Source: Pseudomonas phage BRkr
DNA length: 64,000 nucleotides
Sequence record: LC765218.1
Direction: 5' to 3' (one strand)
Shown here: piece after piece, positions 47,872 through 59,655 of the stretch
Numbering within the stretch: the first letter of the stretch is position 1
How the letters are laid out: each line of letters opens with the position of its first letter
The notes under the pieces: generated by a model
The model's database searches: none
Told to the model about the DNA's origin: nothing
Seen by the model: only the letters and a program-made list of their open reading frames with translations
Made by a program: the position numbers and the translations under genes

Positions 47872-49524
47872 TTAAATCCTACTTTTCGGTTCCCCAGTCA
47901 TATACCGGAGAGTTAGATTAAGCGTGTGGATGTTGACACTGAATGCAAGACCACCACCAGCCTTGATATAAGCTAAACGAGATTTAAAGAATCGATCGGA
48001 TTCTTCAATAGCCTCTTTAGAATACACGGCGTTGAATGACACAGTGTCACCGTCGAAGTCCGCACCAAGAGGAGCAAGAATAGACGGGGAAATAGACGTG
48101 GAGTCATGCCATTGCGCCGGTTCGTTAATAGTGATGATTGGATATTCTAATGCGATCTCAGCATTAGTATCTCGTTCCCAGTCCCAACCAAGTGGGTAGC
48201 GCATCTCACCTTTAACAGTTGTCTTCACGTACATCTTTACAGGAATAGAACTGTTATAGTTCTCAACAGGGTAACGAGTAACGAATGCGGAGTTTCTTTT
48301 CCACATAGGTAATCCGCTTAGGTAAATCAATTCAGCATAGGAAATAGGACGCACGAACTTCTTGTCGAGCTTCTTCGGCATTTCTTCAATATCCCTAAAG
48401 ATCTTGAAGTTTTGCTTGTCATCAAGATAGACCAATGCCAAATAATGCCCAGCGATCTCAATTGCACGAGAACGCTTTTCGATGACCTTTAGTTCACCAA
48501 TAACGCGTTCAAGACCTTCGGGAGTTCCCCATATGTCCATCTCTTCGTTACTAATATTAACCCATTCCAGTTTCAATGTCTTCTTATTGATAAGCTCAAC
48601 ACGAGTAGAGAGACTATCGAAGACTTGACCGACAACACCATTGCGTAAATGGTAAATAGTCTTTGGTTTAACGGATACAGCTGCTTGATAAATACCAATT
48701 ACGGCATCTTTGAACTTAGGACGGTTTGGCTGATCAAGATCAGCAGCATTGGTATCAAGCGAACTAATAACGTTACGAGTACCATTAAATACTCGACGAG
48801 ATGCCCATTTCTGTTGAATATAACCACCCTTGCCAGATAATAGGTTTTCGTAATGGTTATAAATCGCAAGAGCAGTCAACTGCATCGAAGTACGCTTACG
48901 ATCATAAATACTCAGATCGTCATTAGGTCCGAAATATTCAGGGACACCATAAGACTGGTTAAGCAGATATCGATAGTGTTCGTTAACTTCGTCCATCGAT
49001 ACACGGCCATCAACATCAATCTCGGCCTCACGATATGCAGCTGGAATAACGAGCATGTTTTTGAATGTACAGTTTTTCATGTACTTCTTCATCAACTCTA
49101 CCCGTACTCGACGAATAGATGATTTAGTTTCACCGAAATCGATCTTCTTCCAGTTATCAAAGAAAAAGGCGTAACCGGTTTTACCTTCAAGCTCATTGGA
49201 ACGTACGAAGTCTTTAGCAACTGGATCAAATACAGCGAATGATTTACCAAGAATGATCTCTTCGTAGAAAGCCTTTAGTTTAATAAGGTTACGATAGATC
49301 ACAGGGTGGATAATCTCAAGACCCATGTTGATATAACCGAATCGACCTTCACGTTCAGTAGAGCCTACTCGTCCGAAAATCTCTACGGAGAATAAACCTT
49401 TCTCATGAAAGTTACCACCGGTACCTTCGAAGATCTCGTGGCTAGTTACTTGTCCCAACATCGAAAGCTGTGCTTGGGTCGGAATCAAAAGATCAATGTT
49501 GAATGGGACTAGTGCCTTCTTCAT
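47872..49524 (-). CDS. multisubunit RNA polymerase beta-prime N-terminal fragment (virion RNAP; phiKZ gp180-like)
   Basis: 550 aa with APLGADFDGDTVSFNAV ~50 aa from the C-terminus. This is the universally conserved (N)ADFDGD Mg-binding loop of the beta-prime double-psi beta-barrel. The fragment length matches the beta-prime N pieces of phiKZ/AR9-type split RNAPs. Confidence 0.65.
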   Translation of the reverse strand: MKKALVPFNIDLLIPTQAQLSMLGQVTSHEIFEGTGGNFHEKGLFSVEIFGRVGSTEREGRFGYINMGLEIIHPVIYRNLIKLKAFYEEIILGKSFAVFDPVAKDFVRSNELEGKTGYAFFFDNWKKIDFGETKSSIRRVRVELMKKYMKNCTFKNMLVIPAAYREAEIDVDGRVSMDEVNEHYRYLLNQSYGVPEYFGPNDDLSIYDRKRTSMQLTALAIYNHYENLLSGKGGYIQQKWASRRVFNGTRNVISSLDTNAADLDQPNRPKFKDAVIGIYQAAVSVKPKTIYHLRNGVVGQVFDSLSTRVELINKKTLKLEWVNISNEEMDIWGTPEGLERVIGELKVIEKRSRAIEIAGHYLALVYLDDKQNFKIFRDIEEMPKKLDKKFVRPISYAELIYLSGLPMWKRNSAFVTRYPVENYNSSIPVKMYVKTTVKGEMRYPLGWDWERDTNAEIALEYPIITINEPAQWHDSTSISPSILAPLGADFDGDTVSFNAVYSKEAIEESDRFFKSRLAYIKAGGGLAFSVNIHTLNLTLRYMTGEPKSRI

Positions 49525-49591
49525 TTCAAATTTCCTCTTAGGGGTTACAAAAAGCTAAACGATATGATTGTTTATATCGATGGAGTTGACC

Positions 49592-52500
49592 ATGGCTACA
49601 AAAAAGACCAAGCTGCCAAAACCTGCTGGGATGAATGCCCAGAACAGAATTGGTGTACTTGACCTTAATGAGCTGGACGACCTGTTTGATGATGTCGGTG
49701 AAACCACCAAACCTGGTGATCCAGTAACCGATTTCAAATCTGGTCTGAAAGAGGGCTTCCTCGGTGGATTGAAAACCAAAGACATCGTAAGGAATTTCTT
49801 ACGAAGCGCAGCGCCTGATGGTTTCGCGCGTCTTTTTGGTGCCTATGATGATGTAATGGCTTCGGTAACCGATATCAAAGATACGGTCGAAAGAGTCAAT
49901 GCATCCGACCTAGATTACCTTGGTCGTAAAGCACAGGATTATCTACCCCAGTTAAAAGATCGCATTCCAAATGCCTTATACGAAAATATCTCTGATACGC
50001 TCACCAGAAAGGTTGAACAATATCAGTACGAAGTGGATTCCCAAAGGGACCAAATCGCTATTCGTCGTCGTCGGCAAGAAAATGATGATGCAAATGTAAT
50101 TAAAGCTGCTCTCGATCAGAATACGCTGGTAAGCAGAGAAAACTTCCAACGTAGTGAACAGGGTGCAGTTGCCCGCGCTGCCGTTGAAAGAGCAGAACGT
50201 GGAATTCGTGATAAAGTAAGTGCTGGACGCTTTGACTTTATGTCCCGTTCGATGGGGATGGCTGTAGATAGTCTAACTCGTCTTGTAGGATATAACGAAC
50301 AAGTTAATTATGGAATTCAACGTAAAGGCCTTGAACTTCAGTTCCGTACCTACATGGGTATTAGGGATCTTGTTAAAGTACAAGAAGCTAATCTTGAATT
50401 GCAGAATAAGGCTTATGAAGCATTAGTTCGTAATACCGGCTTACCAGACTACAAGAAAGGCAATGTTGGCGATCTAACCAGTTTTGGTTCAGGTCGCGGC
50501 CGGGGCAACATGCTCGGACGCCTAGCTGGCGGAGCTGCACAGGGCCTTCATGGCTTCTTGGGTAGTTATGGTAACAAAGTAAACGAACGTGTTGCCAGCG
50601 GCCTGGGCGGACGTCTATCGGAGATCGTAGCCGGTCTACGCATGGGCGATATGGCTGGTTCATCCGTTTGGGATAATCGCTATAAGTTCGCTGGTCAAAT
50701 CGCAGGTGAATACGGTGCCGATATCCTTAAGTCGTCTATTGTTCCATGGGCAGGTCGTAAAGTTCGTCCGACTATGGAAAAACTATCCAACCGTTTTGGT
50801 GGACGCCATCATCAGGTAGGGTATGCCCTAGACAACGTTCCAGCATATCTACAAGAGTTCGTTAATAACTACCAAAACACTTATGGTTTCCGTGGCGTTA
50901 TCCGTGATGCTATTATGCCATTCGTTCCTCAGTACCACATGAACGATCGTTTGGAAAACGGAAACTATCAAACAATTGATCAAGGCACGGCCTTTAACCA
51001 ATTGACGCAGCGTAGTATCGTTGAAGTCATCCCAGGTTACCTGTCTCGCCAGCTTCAAGAATTGCGAATGATTCGCACTGGTCGTGATGATATCGAGCGT
51101 GAAGTATTCGATATTACAACTGGTCGATTCGAAGTTCAATCGCTGTCGGATGATCGTCTTCAGAAGAAGATTATTCCAGCAGCAGCAATTCGAAGTGCGA
51201 GTGGTGCCATTAATGACACATTGAACTTGATGGATGAAGAGGGTAAACTTTCTCCAGCTGCACGTAAGGCACTTGGTGAACGTATGCTTCGCGATGCATC
51301 TACAAACCGTAGATTTGATCCAGAAGCTTACCTTAAATCCGGCGGTTATATGGATGGCTTAGATGCCACCACCACAGATGAAATTCAAAGGTTCTTCAAG
51401 AGTAAGTTCCAGTACGACGATAAAGGTAAAATGGCGGATAACGCTGATAACCATCGTCTACGTGATGAATACTCGCGTGCCTTCCTCGATATTCGTTCTG
51501 TAAGTCGTGACCCAGTTAAAGAAGTACATCGTCTAATTAATGCCGGTCAAACCGAGCCTCTTCGGATGCTTGGCATTATCATTACTGAACAAGGTCAAGA
51601 TAGAATAAACTATAACCGTATTTGGGAAATCATGCGCTCCGGCGTGACTGATACAAACCCATGGGTTAATGGTGACTATCAACCTGAAGCTTCTGGTGAT
51701 ATGAATGATAAGAACTTCTTTGGTCCTGCTTACCCAGGTGCAGCTAAAGCCAATGCGCTTAATGCAATGCACCGCTTCCGGAATAAGCATGCTCCACAGG
51801 AAGATCGAATCAAGAAAGAACTATCTCGCTACAGCCGTATTGCACAGGGGAAATTCCAGTACCTGAACAATAAGCACGGCGCCGGTATACATGACTTTGC
51901 TAACAACATGCGTAATGGTCAATTTGGTCCTTACGTTGCTGGTCTGCAAGGAGCTTGGAATGATGCGAGTGTAATGGGTCAAGATCTCTATTCTAAGACA
52001 CGTGCTAAGTTTGGAGAACACATGGATCAGTTCCAGAATGATCCAACCCAATATGCAATCGGTCAGAAAGATAAGATCATTGATGTGTTCACGAAGTTTA
52101 ATCCAAATGAACCCATCATTAAAGGTATTGATTTTGTTCAAGGTAACCTTGTTGACTTTAATACTAAAAAGATTATCGAATCTGTACACGACATTACCGG
52201 TAAGGTTGTTTCTACAACTGGCATGACGGTTCTAACAGCATCTGAAGTTGCCCAGGGTCTGTTTGATAAGAAAGGAATGCGTCTTGAATTACCTGCCTTC
52301 ATGAGCAATGCAGCGGACAAAATCCGCGGTGCTCTAATGGGTGGACAAACTCCTCCTGCTCAACAGTTTGCTGAAGGTGAAAACGCACAGCAAAAACAAG
52401 CAGCTGAAGATGATAAGCATGACTGGTATTTGGATGGTGAGCAAGAACCTACTATCTCTGCTCGTGGTCTAAAGAACGGTGAATACTTCAACGCAGATGG

Positions 52501-55500
52501 TGACCAGATTAATTCGATGCAAGACATCAAAGGTGATGTACTTGATAAGAATGGATCTATCATTGCAACTGCTAAGGAACTAGCTTCTGGTCTATGGTCG
52601 CGTGCTACTCGTAAACGTTGGCGTCTTACTAAGACAGGTCGGCGTCTAGCAAATGTAGCGGGTTGGGGTGCCAAGTTCATGGCAACGAATACATCTACCT
52701 TAGCGTGGAACGCACTGAAGTTTGGTGCTAAGACAGCGATCGGTATGGGTTCGGCCCTATTCAACTTCGCGATTGAAACTCAGAATGCTTATTTACCTGG
52801 TGATGATGTACCTGTACTCGAACGAAGACTAGTTAATGCTGGTAAGTACTTCGATGATAAAGGTCGCGTAATTGAAAACTTTGGCGATGTGTATGGCACG
52901 ATCTTTAACGAGAGAGGCGAACCTGTAATAGAACCATCTCTGTATAAAGACCTTAAGAACTACGACGGTACCAAACATATATTAGCTAAGAATAAAGGTA
53001 TCATCCGTAAGACTGTATGGCGTGGTATTCGCGCTGCTCGTTCGAAGTATATCGATGCTTCCATGAAGTACATGGGTTGGGCATTGAAGAAGACGGGTAA
53101 GTTCTATGGTGGTGCAGCTAAGAAAGTGTTTGGTGGTTTCGCTAAAGCGGGTGGTAACGTTCTTGGACGTATCTTTGAACGAGTACCATACGAAGACTTC
53201 GAAACAACTGATCAAGTACTATTGGGTCGCATTCTTGAAACTCTTCAAGCACAAGTTCCAGAAAAGCTCCGAGCTGGTAGTTGGCAGGATAAAGCAGAAA
53301 AGGCCAAAGAAGGCGCTGCTGGCTTGATGGATAAATTGAAGGGGAAAGGAGATGGGGATACTGATAAAGCTGAAAATAAAGTCCTGAAGGGGTTATCCGA
53401 TGGACTGAAAGGTATCTTCAGTAAACTTACCGGTACCGAAGGTGAAGAAGGCTCTGGTGCGTTCGACGTGCTTATGGGCGGTGGTATGAAAGGTGGCGCT
53501 AAAGGTCGTTTAATGGGCCTTGCTAAACGCGCAGTTCCTTGGCTCCTTGGAGGTACCGCTGCTGCTGTAGGTACAGGCGCCATGGCGTATGGTTATAGTA
53601 AAGATGGAATGGATGCAAAGCAGACAGGTATCCTGACTGCGATGAGTCTTAATTCACTTGGACAATTAACTGCACGTTATATCCTGAAACCTATCTTTGG
53701 TCAAATGAATGATCAGAGGGCAGAGTTCCGTCGTCTTCGGATGCTGCAATACGGTATCACTGATCATGATCAGCAACAGAAAGTCTCTGCGCTTGAAGAT
53801 GCTTTTGATCGCGTAACTGAACGGACAGAAGAACCTGACTTTAATATCAGTGGAGTTGGTGGTAAGGCTATTCTTGACATTCTTGGCATTGACGTTAAGA
53901 ATGAAGTCCAAGTAATGCGGATGTCTCGCTGGTTGGAAATGCGTTTCCGTCCTGTCTTCCTGACTTGGGTTAAGGCATTAGCTAAACTCAAGAAGAATGA
54001 AGTTAAACTCGTTGATATCGATAGTAAGTTCCCACAAGAACTGAAAGGACCATTAGTTAAAGCTGTTAAGATTTCTGTATCTGGTGATACACCGATGCAG
54101 TATCGTGTCGATCCATTCTCTGAAGAAGGTGAATTGGAAGATACCATCCCAGCAGCCGATCAACTATGGAAAGCTCTATACGTTCGCTATAAAGCGGGTG
54201 AGAAGAAAGAAGATGCTGTACCGGCTACAGCGGCTAATACCGAAGTAGCTACTAAAGCTCAGGATATCGCCAAGAAAGCGGCAGATACTGCAACTGGTAA
54301 AACTACACCGAGTCCAATGGATCCTACTAAATCAGCAATGCCTTTGGCTGCTGCTAAGAAAGCTTTCCCTGGTCTAGGTGGTTCAACTGGTGCACCCATA
54401 GTCGCAACCTCGGCAGCTACCACTAAACTAACTGCACTCCAATCCATCCGGATGCGTGCTTACGGTTTAGAAGTACTGAGTTTCTACAATGTCTATCCTC
54501 TTCTAAATGCTGAGGCAATGGTATTTGATGGTCTATCTATTCAGGGTGGTATTCCTGAATTCCGTGGTGACCTAGAATCTATCATGCAAGAAACAGCACC
54601 GCTGTTTGGTAAGGATATCGTTGGTAGTGACGAAGATCGTTCGGCTTACTACGATTGGTTCGTTGGTCGATTCATGCCTGTTGCTCGTGCTTACTACGGA
54701 GCAATGCGTAGTTCGACTCAAGGAACAACCATTGCGAACATGGAATCTAAACTTAAACCCAGCGATGCCGTTATCGTGGGTAATGCTGTACTGGGCGTCA
54801 CTGATTTTGATGGCTCTAGCGTATGGCAGGTTGATTCCATTTTCCCAATTAAGGGAAGTAAAGACGATCTCAAGAAAATGGCTGAAGCTGATTTGGAACA
54901 ACTGAAGAAAGATGCAAGCAAAGACATCATGTCTACGCCGACTCAATCTGCTGGTGACCAAGCAGCTGGAACACAAAGTGCAGCCGCAGGTGGCAGCTTT
55001 GCCGAGAGGGCAATGGCTTCTATCTCGAATACTTGGGAGTCTACTAAAGAAACAGTGAGTAATGCATGGAATAATACCAAGGCAGCTGGCGCTAAAGCAA
55101 TGGACTACATGTCCGACGCTACAGCGACTGCGCAATACAAGCTTGGTATGGCTGGTGAGGTATCTGCAACAGGTCGTACATACGGAACTCTGACGAAGGG
55201 TAACGGTGGCGCTTGGGAACAGATTCCATATCCGAAAGCTAACAAGTCTCGTCAAGCTGCTGCTGAAACATTCCAAGCAGTTGCTGCGATGGTCGGTATT
55301 CCTGTAGAACTGCTGTTCATCTTTGCATCACTTGAGTCTGGTTTTGATTATACTGTCAAAGCTAAGACATCGTCTGCAACCGGATGGTTCCAGTTTATCA
55401 ATAGTACCTGGGACGCAATGTTGGCGAAACATGGCTCCAAGTTCGGTATACCTCCAGACGACGCCCAGCGTAGTTTACGTGTTGATCCACGTATCAACGC

Positions 55501-56362
55501 CTTAATGGGTGCATGCTTCCTTAAAGATAACTACACTTACCTCAAAGATGCATTAGGTCGTGATCCTACGGACGTTGACCTATATATCGCACACTTCATG
55601 GGTCCAGGTGGTGCTCGTAAGTTCTTGACTCGTAATCAGGATACTATCGGCGCATCTGTTTTCCCAGAAGCCGCATCTGCTAACCGACCTATCTTCTACA
55701 AGAAAGGTGGACAACCCCGTACACTCGGGGAAATCTATCAAATGTTCGAAGAGAAGATCGCGAAGCATCGCGGTGGGGCTGAAGGTAGCTCTGTAGCTAC
55801 ACAGGAAGCTGGTAAGACAATGACCACTGATGAGGCAACAGAAGAACAAGCTAAGGCTAATGCCAAAACATCTGCTGCTGAACTATGGAATACTGATGAT
55901 AGTAACAATGCAGGCAATGCAGCTGTTGCTCGCGAAGAAGCTTACAGTGCCACTGGTACTGCTGCCCAAACGCCGGTACTTCCAGGTATTACCCCAATGA
56001 ACCCTGTGGGTGGGACAACTACTAGCGGTGCTAATCCATCTGCTGATAGTGGCGGTAATGTGGTCCAAGCTCAACAAGAAGCAGCTCTTCAAGCAGCACA
56101 GCAGTATAATTCGACTCGTCAAGCTGAAGTACGTCGTAATAACGAGAAGGCTCAACAGATCGATGATATCCAAGCTGAGCAGCTTAAGACGTTAATTGAG
56201 ATGCGTGATCATCTCAAGCGTTTGGTACAATTGAACGAACAAAAGGACAGTGGTACCAAAGAAGCTTCGAAAACCCAAGCCGGAGGAAATAATAGTATGA
56301 CCTCCACGTTAATGAGATCGACCTCGGCTCAAAATCGACCGTCGCCGCTCACGCTAACTTAA
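49592..56362 (+). CDS. giant virion/tail protein with C-terminal lytic-transglycosylase domain (phiKZ gp181-like)
   Basis: ~2256 aa from ATG 49592 (GGAG RBS). Residues ~1880-2070 (nt ~55200-55760) are ~55-60% identical to the catalytic domain of the 4602..5381 endolysin ([10 protein letters not shown] ... [13 protein letters not shown] ... [18 protein letters not shown]). Gly/Ala-rich low-complexity linkers. Terminator follows. Confidence 0.8.
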   Translation: MATKKTKLPKPAGMNAQNRIGVLDLNELDDLFDDVGETTKPGDPVTDFKSGLKEGFLGGLKTKDIVRNFLRSAAPDGFARLFGAYDDVMASVTDIKDTVERVNASDLDYLGRKAQDYLPQLKDRIPNALYENISDTLTRKVEQYQYEVDSQRDQIAIRRRRQENDDANVIKAALDQNTLVSRENFQRSEQGAVARAAVERAERGIRDKVSAGRFDFMSRSMGMAVDSLTRLVGYNEQVNYGIQRKGLELQFRTYMGIRDLVKVQEANLELQNKAYEALVRNTGLPDYKKGNVGDLTSFGSGRGRGNMLGRLAGGAAQGLHGFLGSYGNKVNERVASGLGGRLSEIVAGLRMGDMAGSSVWDNRYKFAGQIAGEYGADILKSSIVPWAGRKVRPTMEKLSNRFGGRHHQVGYALDNVPAYLQEFVNNYQNTYGFRGVIRDAIMPFVPQYHMNDRLENGNYQTIDQGTAFNQLTQRSIVEVIPGYLSRQLQELRMIRTGRDDIEREVFDITTGRFEVQSLSDDRLQKKIIPAAAIRSASGAINDTLNLMDEEGKLSPAARKALGERMLRDASTNRRFDPEAYLKSGGYMDGLDATTTDEIQRFFKSKFQYDDKGKMADNADNHRLRDEYSRAFLDIRSVSRDPVKEVHRLINAGQTEPLRMLGIIITEQGQDRINYNRIWEIMRSGVTDTNPWVNGDYQPEASGDMNDKNFFGPAYPGAAKANALNAMHRFRNKHAPQEDRIKKELSRYSRIAQGKFQYLNNKHGAGIHDFANNMRNGQFGPYVAGLQGAWNDASVMGQDLYSKTRAKFGEHMDQFQNDPTQYAIGQKDKIIDVFTKFNPNEPIIKGIDFVQGNLVDFNTKKIIESVHDITGKVVSTTGMTVLTASEVAQGLFDKKGMRLELPAFMSNAADKIRGALMGGQTPPAQQFAEGENAQQKQAAEDDKHDWYLDGEQEPTISARGLKNGEYFNADGDQINSMQDIKGDVLDKNGSIIATAKELASGLWSRATRKRWRLTKTGRRLANVAGWGAKFMATNTSTLAWNALKFGAKTAIGMGSALFNFAIETQNAYLPGDDVPVLERRLVNAGKYFDDKGRVIENFGDVYGTIFNERGEPVIEPSLYKDLKNYDGTKHILAKNKGIIRKTVWRGIRAARSKYIDASMKYMGWALKKTGKFYGGAAKKVFGGFAKAGGNVLGRIFERVPYEDFETTDQVLLGRILETLQAQVPEKLRAGSWQDKAEKAKEGAAGLMDKLKGKGDGDTDKAENKVLKGLSDGLKGIFSKLTGTEGEEGSGAFDVLMGGGMKGGAKGRLMGLAKRAVPWLLGGTAAAVGTGAMAYGYSKDGMDAKQTGILTAMSLNSLGQLTARYILKPIFGQMNDQRAEFRRLRMLQYGITDHDQQQKVSALEDAFDRVTERTEEPDFNISGVGGKAILDILGIDVKNEVQVMRMSRWLEMRFRPVFLTWVKALAKLKKNEVKLVDIDSKFPQELKGPLVKAVKISVSGDTPMQYRVDPFSEEGELEDTIPAADQLWKALYVRYKAGEKKEDAVPATAANTEVATKAQDIAKKAADTATGKTTPSPMDPTKSAMPLAAAKKAFPGLGGSTGAPIVATSAATTKLTALQSIRMRAYGLEVLSFYNVYPLLNAEAMVFDGLSIQGGIPEFRGDLESIMQETAPLFGKDIVGSDEDRSAYYDWFVGRFMPVARAYYGAMRSSTQGTTIANMESKLKPSDAVIVGNAVLGVTDFDGSSVWQVDSIFPIKGSKDDLKKMAEADLEQLKKDASKDIMSTPTQSAGDQAAGTQSAAAGGSFAERAMASISNTWESTKETVSNAWNNTKAAGAKAMDYMSDATATAQYKLGMAGEVSATGRTYGTLTKGNGGAWEQIPYPKANKSRQAAAETFQAVAAMVGIPVELLFIFASLESGFDYTVKAKTSSATGWFQFINSTWDAMLAKHGSKFGIPPDDAQRSLRVDPRINALMGACFLKDNYTYLKDALGRDPTDVDLYIAHFMGPGGARKFLTRNQDTIGASVFPEAASANRPIFYKKGGQPRTLGEIYQMFEEKIAKHRGGAEGSSVATQEAGKTMTTDEATEEQAKANAKTSAAELWNTDDSNNAGNAAVAREEAYSATGTAAQTPVLPGITPMNPVGGTTTSGANPSADSGGNVVQAQQEAALQAAQQYNSTRQAEVRRNNEKAQQIDDIQAEQLKTLIEMRDHLKRLVQLNEQKDSGTKEASKTQAGGNNSMTSTLMRSTSAQNRPSPLTLT

Positions 56363-56371
56363 TCAATGGAG

Positions 56372-56398
56372 CCTCCCTTCGGGGAGGCTTTATTTTCC
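56372..56398 (+). terminator. rho-independent terminator after the giant virion protein gene
   Basis: GCCTCCC-ttcg-GGGAGGC followed by TTTATTTT. Confidence 0.75.
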
Positions 56399-56417
56399 GT
56401 TAAGAAGGGAAATCAAA

Positions 56418-58394
56418 ATGGCAACAGATGTTAAGCCTATTTGGTTGCGCCAAGCTTTCTTATTGCCTATTAATGACAATAAGAACTCGTATGGTTCTCA
56501 GACCAAACGGCGTTATGCTAACTCGGCTGCTTTCAAATTTACAAATACGTCGCTGGGTGGTAGTTTTGCTATCAACCCTCTCCCACAATACACACGCTAT
56601 GCTGATATTCGCCAGCCTGGCCGAGGCCGCACCTACGAAGATCGTTTCTTAGGTATGGGTCGTTACTATTCAGAAGCACACGACGATACTAAACAAGAAG
56701 TCCATATGTCGTTTGGTGTTCCACGTTATTCAAGCTGGACCTCGTTCTTTACGAACTTCTATGATCGTTCGGCGGCGGGCCTAGCTAATACTGGTGTTAC
56801 ATCTGACCTTTGGTATAACTTAGGTAACGTGACTGGTTATTTCATCACTCTACCGCTACAACCATTTATTCTTGGGGTAACTGGCGTATCTCGTGTTATT
56901 AGTTTCTTGACTAAATCACAACCATCGAAGTGGTTCTATTTTAAACCGACTATGCATGCATACTGGTCGTCTGTGAATACGCTAGCTAACGAGTTCGCTA
57001 TCGCTATGGGCATGGTCCCGCGTATTCTCGATGATTCTCAACGTCCTCTAGAAGACCCAGGCCATCGAGTAGGATTAGATGATGTTAAACGTATGCACGA
57101 AATCTTCCCAGGTTTCTTCCGCCCAGATGGCGGCGTCGATGTAATGTCTTTGGCTGGACGTACGCAACGTATGTCTGACCAAGCTCAAAAATCAATGCGT
57201 GCAATGGCAGAGAAGGCGCGTACCCTTGCCGAACTTCGGGCTGGTATTGAATCTGAAATGGCCAAAGCTGTAACAGACCCTAAACCAGGCGCTGACGCAC
57301 GTGACTATTTCTTGAAGTATCTGGAAGCTGATAAGAAACCATCCGAAAAGAATGGTGTTATTGATACCGAGAGTTTTAGCAGTTGGGGTGAATTGAAGAA
57401 CGTATATGACTTCGTTGTAGGCGCACAGCGCGACGGTTCTCAGTTCGTTACATTCCGTGTTGACTATAATGGTGAAGTATCTGAATCCTTTACTAACACT
57501 ACACGAGATGTAGGTGTTGTACAAACACTTAATACGAAGGTAGGGGAAGGTCGAGCTGCATCGTTTGACTTCATGGGTGGTAACATCACGGAAGGCGTTG
57601 GTGCGGTTACAGACATGCTTAAAGGATTTATTTCCGGAGCACTAGACTCTGTTAACTTATCTGGACTTGAGACATTAGCAGGCGCGGCTTTCGTAGATGC
57701 ACCAGAGTACTGGGAATCAGCGATGGCTTCTTTACCATCTGCTTCGTATACTGTTCAATTGATCTCCCCTTATGGAAATAAAATATCCAGGTTCATGAAC
57801 ATATACGTACCACTAGCCATGATTCTCCCAATGGGATTACCAAGGTCAGCTGGTCGAAGTGCTTACACCTCTCCGTTCATCTGTCAAATTTTCCATAAAG
57901 GTCGAGTACAGAGACAACTGGGGATCGTGGATAGCATTCAGATCCGTCGCGGTGTCGGTAACGTTGGTTGGAACGCTGAACACGAAATGCTTGGTTGTGA
58001 AGTAACCTTCAGTGTTAAAGATCTATCTAAGCTAATGCATATCCCACTGAAGGCTGGCTTTGCTAGTCCGAGTTGGTTGGGTACTGCTGGTCGTGCTATT
58101 TCGGCTACAGCCGGTGAAGCCGTTGCAGGTGATGGTGGTATTGCTACTGCGCTAGCTCTTACTGATGGAGCGGTGTGGGATGAACAAAGTCTGTTCCAAG
58201 ATTACGTGTCGACTCTAACGTCACAATCCTGGGCAGATTTCTATTACGCTGGTAAACGTTTGAATCTTAACCTGACTCGTGCAGTTCAAAGCTTCAAGTC
58301 TTGGCGTAGTCCTTCGAACCTAATGTCTTGGGTTCTCGATGGTGAGGTCGCCCGTACGGTCTCTGCCTTCGCTCAAACTTCTGATCGCTTTTAA
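56418..58394 (+). CDS. hypothetical protein (probable virion protein)
   Basis: 658-aa ORF immediately after the giant-protein terminator. AAGGGAAA RBS. Confidence 0.5.
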   Translation: MATDVKPIWLRQAFLLPINDNKNSYGSQTKRRYANSAAFKFTNTSLGGSFAINPLPQYTRYADIRQPGRGRTYEDRFLGMGRYYSEAHDDTKQEVHMSFGVPRYSSWTSFFTNFYDRSAAGLANTGVTSDLWYNLGNVTGYFITLPLQPFILGVTGVSRVISFLTKSQPSKWFYFKPTMHAYWSSVNTLANEFAIAMGMVPRILDDSQRPLEDPGHRVGLDDVKRMHEIFPGFFRPDGGVDVMSLAGRTQRMSDQAQKSMRAMAEKARTLAELRAGIESEMAKAVTDPKPGADARDYFLKYLEADKKPSEKNGVIDTESFSSWGELKNVYDFVVGAQRDGSQFVTFRVDYNGEVSESFTNTTRDVGVVQTLNTKVGEGRAASFDFMGGNITEGVGAVTDMLKGFISGALDSVNLSGLETLAGAAFVDAPEYWESAMASLPSASYTVQLISPYGNKISRFMNIYVPLAMILPMGLPRSAGRSAYTSPFICQIFHKGRVQRQLGIVDSIQIRRGVGNVGWNAEHEMLGCEVTFSVKDLSKLMHIPLKAGFASPSWLGTAGRAISATAGEAVAGDGGIATALALTDGAVWDEQSLFQDYVSTLTSQSWADFYYAGKRLNLNLTRAVQSFKSWRSPSNLMSWVLDGEVARTVSAFAQTSDRF

Positions 58395-58410
58395 TATAGG
58401 AAACGCAATA

Positions 58411-58881
58411 ATGTCTATCGTTCGCAAAATCGCTCTGAAACTCCTTGGTGTTGAATCCGTACCGGAACTGGCTCGCTCTGAGATCAAAGGTAATGACCTG
58501 GCTCAACTCGCGTCGACTCTTCCGGTAGATACTCTGACCAATCTGCTGGTTGGTAAGTCCGGTGTTCGTAACTTCGCCGAACTGGCTTCTGGTTATCTGG
58601 AAGCTGAACAGTACCGTGGTCAGAACCTGGAAGCTGAGCTTCGTAAACTTGTTCGCAAATATACTGCTGGTGCTCGTATCAATTCTTCCATTGAGAACAT
58701 CGCAGTCAATGCACTGATCGGTGGTGTAGCCGAAGTAGAGAACAGCAAAGAACGTAATATTCTGAAGCGTAAGGCTGCTGCCATGGTCGCTATTCGTGCA
58801 CAGATGCCGGGTATCGCTAAGGCTGATGGTAACTACGCTGTAGAACTGCTTCTGCAAATTGTTAAAGTCCGCTACTCTTAA
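58411..58881 (+). CDS. hypothetical protein
   Basis: Internal ATG at 58411 (AGGAAACG RBS) of ORF 58339..58881. 156 aa. Confidence 0.45.
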   Translation: MSIVRKIALKLLGVESVPELARSEIKGNDLAQLASTLPVDTLTNLLVGKSGVRNFAELASGYLEAEQYRGQNLEAELRKLVRKYTAGARINSSIENIAVNALIGGVAEVENSKERNILKRKAAAMVAIRAQMPGIAKADGNYAVELLLQIVKVRYS

Positions 58882-58890
58882 GGTGAACTG

Positions 58891-59472
58891 ATGAAAGGTC
58901 TGGACTGGGCTCTTAGTGTAGAGAGCCAAGATGGTGTCGCCCAACCGGTAGATGCTAGTAATGTCGAATCTGAAACTGAGGTTAAAGATCTCGACCAAGG
59001 TAATCTGGATGTGGATAATGCTAATGCTGAATCCCAACCGGACGATGTTAAGGCTAGTACTACGGTAGATATCTCCGTTGAACAACTAGAAGATGGTCAG
59101 GTATCCGGTAGTTCCGGTGGTAAGACTATTGATGCCTATGGTGTCGATGAAATGTCTGGCGCACCAAAACGTATTGTGATCTCTGGTTTCGATGCATCTA
59201 CAAACAAAGCTGCTGAACCGAGTGATAATAAACTCGAACTGGTTATCCTGCTTCAAAACGGAGTAATCCCTGAAGTTGGTATTAACGGGGTAACTGTTGA
59301 AGATCTGCTGACTGCTTCGATCATTGTATTCGAAGGTTTCCAATCGGGTAAGTTTGCCTGTGAAGAAAATGCCAAAGCACTGTTCCATATGAACGCTGCT
59401 CGTGAACTGATTCGTGCTCGATTGGAGCGCCGTCAAGCACAAGGCACTGAAGGTACCTACGAAGGTAACTGA
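58891..59472 (+). CDS. hypothetical acidic protein
   Basis: 193 aa with an Asp/Glu-rich N-terminal half. Terminator follows. Confidence 0.45.
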   Translation: MKGLDWALSVESQDGVAQPVDASNVESETEVKDLDQGNLDVDNANAESQPDDVKASTTVDISVEQLEDGQVSGSSGGKTIDAYGVDEMSGAPKRIVISGFDASTNKAAEPSDNKLELVILLQNGVIPEVGINGVTVEDLLTASIIVFEGFQSGKFACEENAKALFHMNAARELIRARLERRQAQGTEGTYEGN

Positions 59473-59476
59473 TATA

Positions 59477-59505
59477 AACGCCTCCCTTCGGGGAGGCTTT
59501 ATGTT
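59477..59505 (+). terminator. rho-independent terminator
   Basis: AAACGCCTCCC-ttcg-GGGAGGCTTTATG. Confidence 0.7.
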
Positions 59506-59523
59506 CCATTAAAAATAATTTCA

Positions 59524-59542
59524 AATCTATATCACAGGTATG
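59524..59542 (+). promoter_or_regulatory. candidate phage-specific promoter (variant core CTATATCAC)
   Basis: Follows the 59477 terminator by ~20 nt. One mismatch to the core. Confidence 0.35.
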
Positions 59543-59655
59543 CATTAGAGATTAACATCTTGAGGGTATTACCATGTAACAGCTAACAGATTATTCATTT
59601 GTGAAAACGATACCATGAACAACAAGTTAATTCCTTTAACAGAAGGTAATAAAAA

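Noticed and set aside
43508-49524. Alternative reading of the DFDGD protein pair as a crAss/YonO-type single-chain two-barrel RNAP split in two
   Set aside because: Genomic context (gp144-type endolysin, gp181-type giant protein, protease synteny) points to phiKZ-like multisubunit split RNAP instead. This cannot be excluded without fold prediction.
54572-55276. 234-aa minus-strand ORF inside the giant protein gene (also 58294..59085 and 61113..62069 on the minus strand)
   Set aside because: All lie antisense to well-supported plus-strand genes (the giant transglycosylase protein, structural genes, tmk). Cys-rich or low-complexity translations. Typical antisense open frames.
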